A stretch of 64,000 nucleotides of DNA from an uncultured Chloroflexia bacterium (GCA_963709605.1 CAVPWX010000013.1:138447-202446), one strand, 5' to 3'; positions 48,260 through 57,678 are shown, counted from the first letter of the stretch. A program made the numbers and translations. Notes: generated from the letters alone by a model not told the origin.

Positions 48260-49237
48260 CTACCCCTTCCGCTTCCTGATGGCCTCGGCCAGCGCCTCGA
48301 GGACGTCGGTGGCGTCATCGACGATCCCGTAGTGGGCGATCGAGAAGATCGGGGCATCGGCGTCCATGTTGACGGCGATGATCAGCTCGGAGTCCTTCAT
48401 GCCCTCGACGTGCTCGGGGGCCCCGCTGACCCCGGCGGCCACGTACAGGCGCGGCTTGACGGTCACCCCGGACTTGCCGACCTGGCGGACGAGGGGGAGC
48501 CAGCCCTGGTCGATGACGGGGCGCGACCCGCACACGGCCCCGCCCAGCGCATCGGCCAGGTCCTCGGCGACCTCCAGGTTGGCCTCGCTGCTGATGCCCC
48601 GGCCGACCGAGACCAGCGCGTCCTGCTGGGTGATGTCCACGTCGCCCGCCTCGGGCTCCTCGTAGGCGACGAGGCGCACGCCGGAATCGTCGGCAAGGTC
48701 CACGGCCACGTCCTCGACGTGAGGCTCCGGGGCGCCGGGGGCCGGCGCGGTGCCCGTCCCGGGGAGGACGGCCAGCACCATGGGCCCGGGCCCGGCGTCG
48801 ACCGTCACGGCCATCTTGCCGCCGTAGAGCAGGCTCCCGACACGCAGCGCCCCGTCGACCACCTCGACCTCCCGGCAGAAGTTGACGAGGGGCACGCCCA
48901 GGCGCGCCGGCAGCAGGCCGAGCAGGTCCCAGCTGAGGTTGGTGGTCGGGAGGAGGATCACCGCGGGAGCACGCTCCGAGGCAAGCGCAGCCACCGCCCG
49001 GCTGGCCTGCAGCCCGGTGGCGTCGGCGAGCGTGGGATCGTCGACGTAGAGGACGGCGTCGGCCGGGCCCAGCGACGCGGCAAGCCCGCGCATCCCGTGG
49101 CCGAGCAGGACCGCCTCGAGGCGCACCCCCAGGGAATCGGCCAGGCCCCGCCCCACGGCCAGCAGCTCGCGGGTGGCGTCGGAGATGGTCCCTTTCCAGT
49201 GCTCCGCCACGATCCAGACGTTGCCAGCCATCGCCAT
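48260..49237 (-). CDS. etfA: electron transfer flavoprotein alpha subunit
   Basis: C-terminal FAD-binding motifs (VSVGRGI..., RPVIDQGW...QVG.SG..V.P.LYVA.G.SGA..H..G). Confidence 0.9.
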   Translation of the reverse strand: MAMAGNVWIVAEHWKGTISDATRELLAVGRGLADSLGVRLEAVLLGHGMRGLAASLGPADAVLYVDDPTLADATGLQASRAVAALASERAPAVILLPTTNLSWDLLGLLPARLGVPLVNFCREVEVVDGALRVGSLLYGGKMAVTVDAGPGPMVLAVLPGTGTAPAPGAPEPHVEDVAVDLADDSGVRLVAYEEPEAGDVDITQQDALVSVGRGISSEANLEVAEDLADALGGAVCGSRPVIDQGWLPLVRQVGKSGVTVKPRLYVAAGVSGAPEHVEGMKDSELIIAVNMDADAPIFSIAHYGIVDDATDVLEALAEAIRKRKG

Positions 49238-49241
49238 CTCC

Positions 49242-50021
49242 TCAGATCAGCCCGCGGGCGGCCAGGATGTCGGCCAGGCGCTCCGCCACGTCGCGCACCG
49301 ATCCCTCCAGCATCTCGGCGTGCCCGGCCGCCTCGGGCTTGGCCATGGCCGTCACGGCGAGCGGAGTCACTGCCGGCCCGCTGGCTGCGGGAACCGCCTC
49401 GATGCCACCCGCGGCCATGGCCGCTCGCACCTTGGCGATCGGCACGTAGCGCGGCGGCTTCTCGCAGCCCTGGACGCCGAGGAAGGCGGGAAGGGTGACC
49501 TCGAAGCGCCCCATGACGCCCCCGGCGTACTCCTTGGCCACCACGGCCTTGCCGGCCGCGGGATCGACCTGGATGCGGCTCACGAGGCCCAGGTACGGGA
49601 GGCCGATGGCCCCGGCGAGGAGCGGTCCCACGAAGCCGTCGAGATCGTCGATCGCCTGGCACCCGCTGAGCACGAGGTCTGCGGGGAGCACGCCGGCGAT
49701 GCCGGGCAGGGTGGCGGCCAGCGCGGCAGCCTTGGCGCGAGTGCCCGCGATCACGTCGATGCCCGACACGCGGATCGCCCGGTCGGCGCCCTTGGCGAGC
49801 GCGGTATGGAGGACGTCGTCGATCTCGGGGGCCTCCAGGGCCGCCACGGTCACCGTCGCCCCCAGGCGGTCCTTGAGGAGCAGCGCCTGCTCCAGGGCAT
49901 AGTCGTCGCGCTCGTTGACGATGAAGCGGAGGTACTCCGGGTCGAGCGACGAGCCGTCGCCGGCGACCTCGAGCTCCTCCACGATGTCGGGCACCATCTT
50001 CATCAGGACCAGGATCTTCAT
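49242..50021 (-). CDS. etfB: electron transfer flavoprotein beta subunit
   Basis: MKILVLMKMVPD...NERDDYALEQAL... is the canonical EtfB N-terminus. Confidence 0.9.
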   Translation of the reverse strand: MKILVLMKMVPDIVEELEVAGDGSSLDPEYLRFIVNERDDYALEQALLLKDRLGATVTVAALEAPEIDDVLHTALAKGADRAIRVSGIDVIAGTRAKAAALAATLPGIAGVLPADLVLSGCQAIDDLDGFVGPLLAGAIGLPYLGLVSRIQVDPAAGKAVVAKEYAGGVMGRFEVTLPAFLGVQGCEKPPRYVPIAKVRAAMAAGGIEAVPAASGPAVTPLAVTAMAKPEAAGHAEMLEGSVRDVAERLADILAARGLI

Positions 50022-50069
50022 CGCGCCAGCCCGTCCTCCTCGCTCGATCCTGCCGCCGGTCGCGCCTGC

Positions 50070-51270
50070 TCAGCCATCGAGCGCCTCGGCGACCAGCTCC
50101 ATGACGTCCCGGACCACCATCCGATCGTCGTACCCGAGCACCTTGAGGGAGTCCTCGAAGCGCGGCACCTCGTAGGGACACGACACCGCGAGCACGTCGG
50201 CGCCGGTGGCCGCCGCCTCTTCGACCCGGCGGTCGGAGAGGCGGCCGTGCCCCTTCTCCTTGTAGAAGGTGTCGAGCCACATCCCGCCCCCGCCCCCGCC
50301 GCAGCAGATCGTGTTGTCCCGGTTGTGGGCCATCTCCACGATGCTCACGCCGGGGATGGCCTCGAGGATTCGCCGCGGCTCGTCGTGCATGTGGTTGTGC
50401 CGGCCGAGGACGCACGAGTCGTGGTACGTGACCTTGTAGCCGAGCTCCCGGGTGAGGCGCGGCCGGAGAGCGTCGAGCCGGGCCGCCACGAACGGCGTCG
50501 TGTGTTGAACCGGCTGCTGAAGGCCCAGCGTCGGGTAGAGGAAGGCGAAGGCGTCGAAGGCGTGGGGATCCGACGTGAGCAGGGAGGCGAACTCGTACTT
50601 CCCGAAGGTCGCCATGTTCTGCTCGCGCAGGGTGTCGAACAGGCCCTTCTCCCCGACCAGCCGGGCGCACTCCCCGGCGCACTTCTCCTCGGTCCCCAGG
50701 ATCGCGAAGTCGACCCCGAGCGCGGCGAGGACCCGGGCCGTCGCCCGCGCGTTGTCCTGGCCTCGCGGGTAGTACGCCGCGTAGCACTCGACGATCCAGA
50801 GGACGTCCACCGGCCGCCCCAGGTCGCGCAGGATCGGGCACCGGCACCGCGGCGCTGTCCGCCCACGCCGCGCGCTTGCGCGGCGATTCCCCCATCGGGT
50901 TGCCGTAGCGCATCGTGTTGGCGAGCGCGCCCTGCAGCTCGGACGGCACCTGGGGGAGCCGCAGAAGCACCTGCTCCTTCACGACCGGCAGGAGGATGTC
51001 GGTCAGGTGGAGCCCGCGGGGGCATTTGTCCCAGCAGTCGTAGCAGGTGACGCAGCTGAGGAGATCGTCGCCGGCGAGCACCTCCTCGATGAAGCCCTCC
51101 CGCAGCATGCCGATGAGGCGGCGCGGCGTGTAGCGCATCACGTCGCCGTGGGGGCAGGTGCCGGCGCAGGTGCCGCACTGGATGCAGCTCAGCAGCGCGC
51201 GGCCCTCCGGCGTGGCGAGCAGCCCATCGAGCGTGATGTCGGGGGTCCCCGGCACGGTCGCCGTCGCCAT
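50070..51270 (-). pseudogene. soluble HdrD/GlpC-like (Fe-S)/CCG-domain oxidoreductase, frame-shifted at about 50836
   Basis: N-terminus with CIQCGTCAGTCP and CVTCYDCWDKCP (48958..51270 frame). The C-terminal part has two CCG regions (EEKCAGEC..., ICCGGGGGG) in the 50070..50810 frame. The junction reads AAVPVP/ILRDLGRPVDVLWIVECY. Total length is 3n+1. Confidence 0.75.
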
Positions 51271-51273
51271 CGG

Positions 51274-51504
51274 TCACTCCCTCTCGTGGTGGTCCCGGCC
51301 CCGATGCCGCCGCCGCGGCGGGCTCGGGGCTCGCCTGCCCTGCCGGGCCGCACCCGGCCGCCGTGAACCCGTGGCCATCTCCGCTGCCGGGGCGGCGAAC
51401 GGCTCGTGAAGTGCCCGGGCTGTCGAGCGCGCGGCCGTCACCCCCTGAACGTGTGCGGGCCGACACCGGGTGTTCTCGAGCTGGACGACGAACTGGTGCG
51501 CCAC
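51274..51504 (-). pseudogene. degenerate paralog of the ACT-domain gene at 57012..57425 (N-terminal remnant)
   Basis: VAHQFVVQLEN... matches MARQFVVQLEN.... 25 nt are identical (51472-51496 versus 57393-57417). Similarity then decays with indels. The upstream leader is also duplicated. Confidence 0.35.
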
Positions 51505-51799
51505 GCCGCGTACCTCTACCGGCGGGGGCGCCGAGATCGGGCCTCGGTACCGCCACCAGGGTCTGCGGACGAGTCTTCCCCGCGCGACACGACGGGGGCC
51601 AGTGCCGTTGGGACCGGGCGGCGCGGGCCGAACGCCGCGCACTGCCGGGGCCGATGGCCCGCGGCGGGGGCGCAGCCGACCGGACAAGCCGGCGAGCGAC
51701 TGGCTGGTCACCAACGCGCTGCTCCTGTGCTACCGAGATGCATCACGACCCGGCGCCCGGAACCGGCCGGCGGCGGATCGCCCCGGGCGTGTCAACCCG

Positions 51800-52711
51800 C
51801 TATGCGCCCCCGGGCGCGGACGCCGCAGCCGGCACGCAGGGCCGCTTGACGACGGCCTCGGCCGAGACGAGCTCCTTGCCGATCCCCAGCCGTTTCACTC
51901 CGACTCCGAGGGCGAGGCCGAGCAGCTGGGTGAAGTAGAGGATGGGCATCGTGTAGTTGGTCCCGTAGGCGCGGTTCACCTCGCCCTGGTAGCACTCCAG
52001 GTTGGTCTGGCACAGCGGACACGCCGTGGCGATCACCTCGGCGCCGGCGTCAACCGCGCTCTGGAGGAGGTCACGCAGCATCTGCACCGCCGCGCGCCGG
52101 TTGGTCACCATGAGGGCCGCGCCGCAGCAGCGCAGCTTGTACGGGTAGGCCACCGGGACCGCCCCGGCTGCCTCGAGCAGCGCCTCGAAGTAGGTCGGGC
52201 TTTCGACCTGGGCAAGCTCCACGCCGGGGCGCCGGGGCCTCACGATCTGGCAGCCGTAGTACGGGGCCACTCGGAGCCCCTTGATGCGCTCGCCGGCCTT
52301 CTGGCGCACCAGCTCCAGCGCCTCCTCGGTCACGAAGGCGTGCATGATGTGGCTCACCTCGACCCTGCCGTCGTAGCGCAGGTCATCGGCCTCGAGGGCG
52401 TAGTTCATGTGCTCCGCGAGGTCGGCGTCCCGCTTCAGGGCGGCGTTCGTGGTCCACAGGTTCTTGTAGCAGGCGTTGCATGGCGCCACGATGTCGAGGC
52501 CCTGCTTCTCGGCGATGGCGAGGTTGCGGGCGCACAGGACCGTGGCCAGCAGCTCGTCGACCTTCGAGTAGGCGGTCGCCCCGCAGCAGTTCCAGTCCTC
52601 GAGCTCCTCCAGCTCGACGCCGAGCTTGTGCGCCACCTCCATCGACGACACGTGGTAGGTGGCGGCCATGGTCTCCAGCGAGCAACCGGGGTAGTAGGCG
52701 TAGCGGGTCAT
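51800..52711 (-). CDS. hdrB: heterodisulfide reductase subunit B-like (two CCG domains)
   Basis: YYPGCSL...WNCCGA... and ...YYGCQ...LRCCGA.... ATGA overlap with hdrC. Confidence 0.85.
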   Translation of the reverse strand: MTRYAYYPGCSLETMAATYHVSSMEVAHKLGVELEELEDWNCCGATAYSKVDELLATVLCARNLAIAEKQGLDIVAPCNACYKNLWTTNAALKRDADLAEHMNYALEADDLRYDGRVEVSHIMHAFVTEEALELVRQKAGERIKGLRVAPYYGCQIVRPRRPGVELAQVESPTYFEALLEAAGAVPVAYPYKLRCCGAALMVTNRRAAVQMLRDLLQSAVDAGAEVIATACPLCQTNLECYQGEVNRAYGTNYTMPILYFTQLLGLALGVGVKRLGIGKELVSAEAVVKRPCVPAAASAPGGA

Positions 52712-53286
52712 TTGATACCGTCCAGGGGGAGGACGCGGGCCACCATGGCCCGCAGGTTGCGGATCCGCTTGATCCGGGAGGGGAGGAGGGGCAGGCGGCC
52801 CTTGCCGAGGAGGCGTACCGCCATGCGCATCTCGCGAACCACCCCGGGGAAGCCGCCCTCGAAGATGAAGGCCGGGGCGTAGCCGGGCTCGTAGGACTTG
52901 CCCGTCCGCATGATGGTCCGGGTGAAGCGCCGCGAGAACTCCGGCGCGACCCAGTCCCGGTTGAAGGTGTCCTTCCACAGCGAGTAGCGCGTGAGGGCGT
53001 ACATCACGTCGGCGGGCCGGATACCCTCCGGGCACTTCTCGGAGCACGCATAGCACGAGGCGCACGTCCAGAAGGTGTTGGACGCCATGACCTCGTCCTT
53101 CATCCCGGCATTGATGAGGGCGATGAGCTCGCGAGGCGTGTGGTCCATGAACTCCACGGCCGGACACGCCGCCGAGCACGTGGCGCACTGGATGCAGCGA
53201 ACGAGGGAGACTCCCTCCTCGGCGTGAAGGAGGTTCTCGACCTCCTCCCGGAAGGAGATCCTCCTCGCCGGTGTCGCGATCGCCAT
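52708..53286 (-). CDS. hdrC: heterodisulfide reductase subunit C-like (2x[4Fe-4S])
   Basis: CIQCATCSAACP and CASCYACSEKCP. Confidence 0.85.
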   Translation of the reverse strand: MAIATPARRISFREEVENLLHAEEGVSLVRCIQCATCSAACPAVEFMDHTPRELIALINAGMKDEVMASNTFWTCASCYACSEKCPEGIRPADVMYALTRYSLWKDTFNRDWVAPEFSRRFTRTIMRTGKSYEPGYAPAFIFEGGFPGVVREMRMAVRLLGKGRLPLLPSRIKRIRNLRAMVARVLPLDGIK

Positions 53287-53294
53287 GGGATCCC

Positions 53295-53708
53295 CTACCT
53301 GCTCTTGCGGGCTTCGCTGGCGGCGATGAGGGCCGCGGCCTTCTGGAGCAGCAGCTCCGGCTCGACCGGCTTCTCCACCAGCTCATCGACGGGCACGAAG
53401 CCCGGGTGCACGGCCTGGCCGGGGAAGAGGAACGCGATCTGCTCCCGCAGGCCGGTGATGATGAGGACGGGCATCTCCCGGAGCACGTTGTCCTTGCGGA
53501 TCTTCCGGGCCATCATCACGCCCTCGGCACCGCGCCCCATCATGATGTCGAGGCACAGCAGGTCGTAGTGGTCCTTCTGCAGGGCATCCCAGCCATCCTC
53601 GGGGTTGTGCACCACCGCGGTGTCGTACTGGGTGTCGAGGATGGCCCTGATCCCCGCAGCGAAGTCGGGGTCGTCATCGACGATGAGCACCCTCTTGCGC
53701 TCGCTCAT
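53295..53708 (-). CDS. stand-alone response-regulator receiver protein (CheY-like)
   Basis: VLIVDDDPDF...LLCLDIMM...LIITG....KP. Its stop lies 8 nt before the hdrC start. Confidence 0.85.
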   Translation of the reverse strand: MSERKRVLIVDDDPDFAAGIRAILDTQYDTAVVHNPEDGWDALQKDHYDLLCLDIMMGRGAEGVMMARKIRKDNVLREMPVLIITGLREQIAFLFPGQAVHPGFVPVDELVEKPVEPELLLQKAAALIAASEARKSR

Positions 53709-54860
53709 CCCTTCTCTCCTTCCAATACCTGCTCCGGAGGCGCTCCCTCCGTTCCCGGAACCGGCGTCCCGTGCGCCGGCAACGCGATGACGAAGACACT
53801 GCCCCGACCCGGGTCGCTGGTCGCGGTGATCGACCCGCCGTGGGCCTCGACGATGCGCCGCGTGAGGGCCAGGCCGATGCCGGCGCCGGCGACGCCGCTC
53901 TCCCCGGCCTGCCCGCGATAGAACGCGTCGAAGATCCGCGGCAGGTCCGCCGCGGGTATCCCGACTCCCGTGTCGGTCACCGAGATCACGACCTTCCCGT
54001 CCCGAGACACCGCCGACACGACCACCGTGCCGCCTTCTCTCGAGTACTTGACCGCGTTGCCGACCACGTTGAGCACCGCCTCGGTCAGCGCACCCTCGTC
54101 CCCCAGCACCGTCGCCGCGGGGTCCACCTCGGCCACGACCTCGACGGCCTTGCGCACCGCCTCAGTCCGGGCGCTCTCGAGGGCATTCGCCACCGGCGCG
54201 GAGATCGCGACCGGGCGGAAGCCATCCCGAAGGGGGGCGACATCGACCGTGAAGCCGCGCAGCCAGCGATTCACCAGGGCGAGCAGGTCCCCGATGCGAC
54301 TGCTCATCCGCTCCAGCCGCCGTTGCTGGTCCTCCGAGACGACCCCCTCGAGCTCCGTGATCGTCACGAAGAGGTTCTGCTGGACGGCGGCCAGGGGCGA
54401 GCGCAGCTCATGGGACACGATGGCGGCGAAGTTCTCCCGGAGCGCCTCCCGCTCCCGACGCAGCGCCACCCTCTCCACCACCAGGGCCCGCTGCTCGAGG
54501 CCCCGCCGGATCATCGTGCGGAACTCGTCGGGGGTGAAGGGCTTGGGCGAGGAAGTCGAAGGCGCCGTGCTGCATCGCCTCGACCGCCGACGCGATCGTG
54601 GCGAACCCGGTGAACACGATGCACACGACCGTCGGGTCCAGCGACCGGATCTCCTCGAGCACCTGCATCCCGGACATGCCCGGCATCTTGAGGTCGACGA
54701 AGACGAGGTCGGGCGCCCAGGCGCGGGCCGTGTCGAGGCCCTCCGCGCCGCTCGACGCGAGCGCGACCTCGTGCTCGCTGCCCTCGAGGATCGCGAGGCA
54801 GGAATCGAGCACGACCTCTTCGTCGTCGATCAGCAGGATGCGCCGTCGCTGCTCGGTCAC
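53705..54860 (-). pseudogene. hybrid receiver-histidine kinase (REC-HisKA-HATPase), frame-shifted at about 54545
   Basis: The REC domain (ILLIDDEEV...VFVDLKMPGMSG...FDFLA) is in the 54408..56891 frame. KPFTPDEFRTMIRRGLEQ...SHELRSPL...G.G.GL continues in the 53705..54514 frame. Total length is 3n+1. The GTG start overlaps the upstream TGA. Confidence 0.75.
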
Positions 54861-56891
54861 TGGCCGTCCCCCCGGGACGCCAGCACGGGCAGCTCGATCG
54901 TGAACGCCGTCCCCGCGCCGTCCTCGCTCTCGACGACGATCGTGCCGCCGTGCTCCTTGACGATCCCGAAGCTGATGGCCAGGCCCAGGCCGGTGCCGTG
55001 CCCGACCTCCTTGGTGGTGAAGAAGGGATCGAAGATCCTCCCCAGGTTCTCCTCGCTGATGCCGTGCCCGGTGTCCCGGAAGACGGCCTGGACGACCCTC
55101 TCGCTCGGCGTCGAGCCGGGTGGTCACCGTGAGCCGCCCCACGCCGTCCATGGCCTCGGCGGCGTTGATGATCAGGTTCATGAAGACCTGCTGCATCTGC
55201 GCCGGGTCCACCACCGTCGGGGGCAGGTCCTCCTCGTAGTCGCGAACCACCTCGATGTTGTGGAAGAGCACCCGGTCCTCCACCAGGGACAGGCACTCGT
55301 CGATCGTGATGCGCAGGTCCGTCAGCTGCTTGTGCGGCTTCTTGGGCCGGGAGAAGTCGAGGAGGCCCCGGATGATGGTCACGCAGCGCGTCGCCTGGTT
55401 GGCGATCTTCTCCACCGAGGGCCTGCGGGAGTCGTCGGGCGTCATCTTCTCGAGCAGGAGGTGCGAGTAGGTCACGATCCCCTGGAGCGGGTTGTTCAGC
55501 TCGTGAGCCACGTCGGCGGCGAGCTGGCCGACCACGGCCAGGCGCTCCGACTCCATGACCTTCCTCCGGGCGAACTCCTTGAGCTGGTCGTCACGCGCCT
55601 GGAGCGAGGCCGCCATGCTGTTGAACGAGCTGGCCAGCTCCCCGATCTCGTCGTTCGAGGTCACGGTCACCTTCGCCTGCAGGTCGCCCGCGGCCACCCT
55701 GCGGGAGGCCTCGACGAGCGCGCGGACCGGCCTGGAGAGGCGGCGGGAGAAGACATAGGAGAACGCGATCGCGGCAACCACGGCGATCAGCGTGACGGCC
55801 AGGAACAACAGGCTCGTGCTGACCCTGAGATCGACGTAGGGCTTCTCGAGCGTGCCCACGTACAGCATCCCCACCACCCTGCCGTCGAGGTCCCGGAGGG
55901 GATCGTAGGCAGCGATGTACCAGTCGTTGACGACGTACGCCCGGCCCACCCAGCGCTCCCCGCCGACGACGACCCTGTCGTAGACCTCCTCCGACACGCG
56001 GGTGCCGATGGCCCTGGTGCCGTCCTCGTTGAGGACGTTGGTGGCGATCCGCACGTCGTCGAGGAAGATCGTGGAGGTGCCGATGTCCCGGCCCTCGTAC
56101 TGGGCACCTTCGAAGACGGTCTCCTTGATCCCGTCCACGATCCCGTAGCGCCGGGTGACGAGCTGGCCGCCGTACAGGGCGCCGATGACGTTGCCGGCTT
56201 CGTCGACCACCGGGGCTGCGGCCAGGAGGACCAGGCCGTCGGTCTCGACCGTGTCGTCCCGCGGTCGCGCCCCCTGCGTCTCCACCAGCTCGAGCCTGGC
56301 GATCTCGGGCAGGCCGGGGGACTCCCGGCCCAGCATGTCCGCCGTGAACACCGCCGTGGCGGCCACCGGGGTCGCCTCGCCCAGGGCGGCGGCCACGACG
56401 CTCATCCCCGCCTGGGAGTCTCCGACGACACCGGGGTTCGCAGCTCGCAGGAGGACGGCGCCGGCTGCGTCGGTCACGGTCAGGAAGTCGAGCTGCTCGG
56501 AGACCATCATGTCGGTCAGCTCGCCCGCGGTCACGCTGACGTCGCCGCCGAGCAAGGCGTCGCGGAGGTAGAAGCGATCGGCCTGGAACCTGACCAGGTC
56601 GTAGAGATCGTCCGCGTAGGTGTCGTAGATCGCCCCGGCCGAGTTGAGATCGGAGGACACCCGGTTCTGTGCCTCCGCCACCACTCGCTCGCCGATGAAG
56701 AAGACCGCCACCCCGGCGAAGGTCGCGCTGAGCAGGATGATGATGGCCAGGAAGGCGACCATCAGCTTGACGAAGCGGCTCGCCCCGCGACGACCCGGTG
56801 CTACCTGGGCGTCGTCCGCGACCCGCTCTTGGACGGAGCCGGGAATCGCCGGCTCCGAGCGGACGGCGAGGCTTGCGCCAGATTCCGACAA
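54857..56891 (-). pseudogene. membrane sensor histidine kinase (Cache-like periplasmic domain, HAMP, HisKA, HATPase), frame-shifted at about 55096
   Basis: TM, extracytoplasmic domain, TM, HAMP (RPVRALVEASRRVAAGDL...EIGELASSFNSM), then H-box VAHELNNPL. After ...LDAERE the ATPase continues in another frame ([42 protein letters not shown]...) to TGA at 54857. Total length is 3n+1. Confidence 0.75.
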
Positions 56892-57011
56892 GGTCCCTTC
56901 ACGCTCCCAGTGTGCCGCGCCGACCCTCCGGTGCCGTCAACGGCTCGTCGATCGGTTCGATCATCGAGTCAGCACCAGGGGGTTCCTTCCAACGGGCGTC
57001 CCGACATGCGC

Positions 57012-57425
57012 TCAGTCGGCCACGCCGACGTTCTCGACCTCTTCCCCGTGCAGGGCGGCGTGGGCCTTCGCCTCGTCGTCCACGCAGAAGATCATCTCTA
57101 CGAGGCCCGGCTTGTGGCCGACCATGAGGGTCCCGCAGACGTTCACCCCGGCCCCTGCCAGCCGCTCCGCCGCGTCGGCGATCCCCCCCGGCTGGTCCAG
57201 GACCTCGACGAGGATCGGGGCACCTTCGACGTACGGGTGGCCGAGGCCGTGGAGGACCTCGCGGGTGGCGTCGTCGTCCGAGGTCGTGATGAACGCGCAG
57301 CCGAGGTCGCCCGCGCCGACACCGCCGATGTGCCGGATGTCGATGCCGCGCGCGGCCAGGGCCCGGGCGAGGTGAGCGAGCTCACCAGGCTTGTTCTCGA
57401 GCTGGACGACGAACTGGCGTGCCAT
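57012..57425 (-). CDS. ACT-domain protein
   Basis: MARQFVVQLENKPGELAHLARALAARGIDI is a typical ACT beta-alpha start. 137 aa. Confidence 0.7.
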   Translation of the reverse strand: MARQFVVQLENKPGELAHLARALAARGIDIRHIGGVGAGDLGCAFITTSDDDATREVLHGLGHPYVEGAPILVEVLDQPGGIADAAERLAGAGVNVCGTLMVGHKPGLVEMIFCVDDEAKAHAALHGEEVENVGVAD

Positions 57426-57678
57426 CGCAGCCTGCCTCCACCGACCGGGGGACGCCGGCCGGGCACCTCGACCATCGCTCGGCTCCGCAGACGAGCGCAG
57501 AACATCGCAGGTGCCTCGGTGGAGAGGCGCCTGTGGGCGAATCGTTCCCTGCCGCAGGTACCGAAGGCCAGTGCCGAGGGGGCCGGGTGGCCCGGGCCGA
57601 ATGCCGGGCGCGGGCAGGGCCGATGGCCCGGGTCGGCGGACGGCTGCACCGTTCGCCCGCGCCGGGCCACAGCCCTCG

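Noticed and set aside
51505-51799. Coding potential in the 300-nt gap after hdrB (the N-terminal part of track ORF 51274..51714).
   Set aside because: The composition is Arg/Pro/Gly-rich upstream of the VAHQFVVQLEN start. Similarity to the leader of the ACT gene argues for non-coding sequence.
57505-57580. Plus-strand GGAGAG...ACCGAAGG string reminiscent of a glycine riboswitch core.
   Set aside because: There is no plus-strand gene downstream. The GGGGCAA and CTCAGGCA-type conserved elements are missing. The region is the minus-strand leader of the ACT gene.
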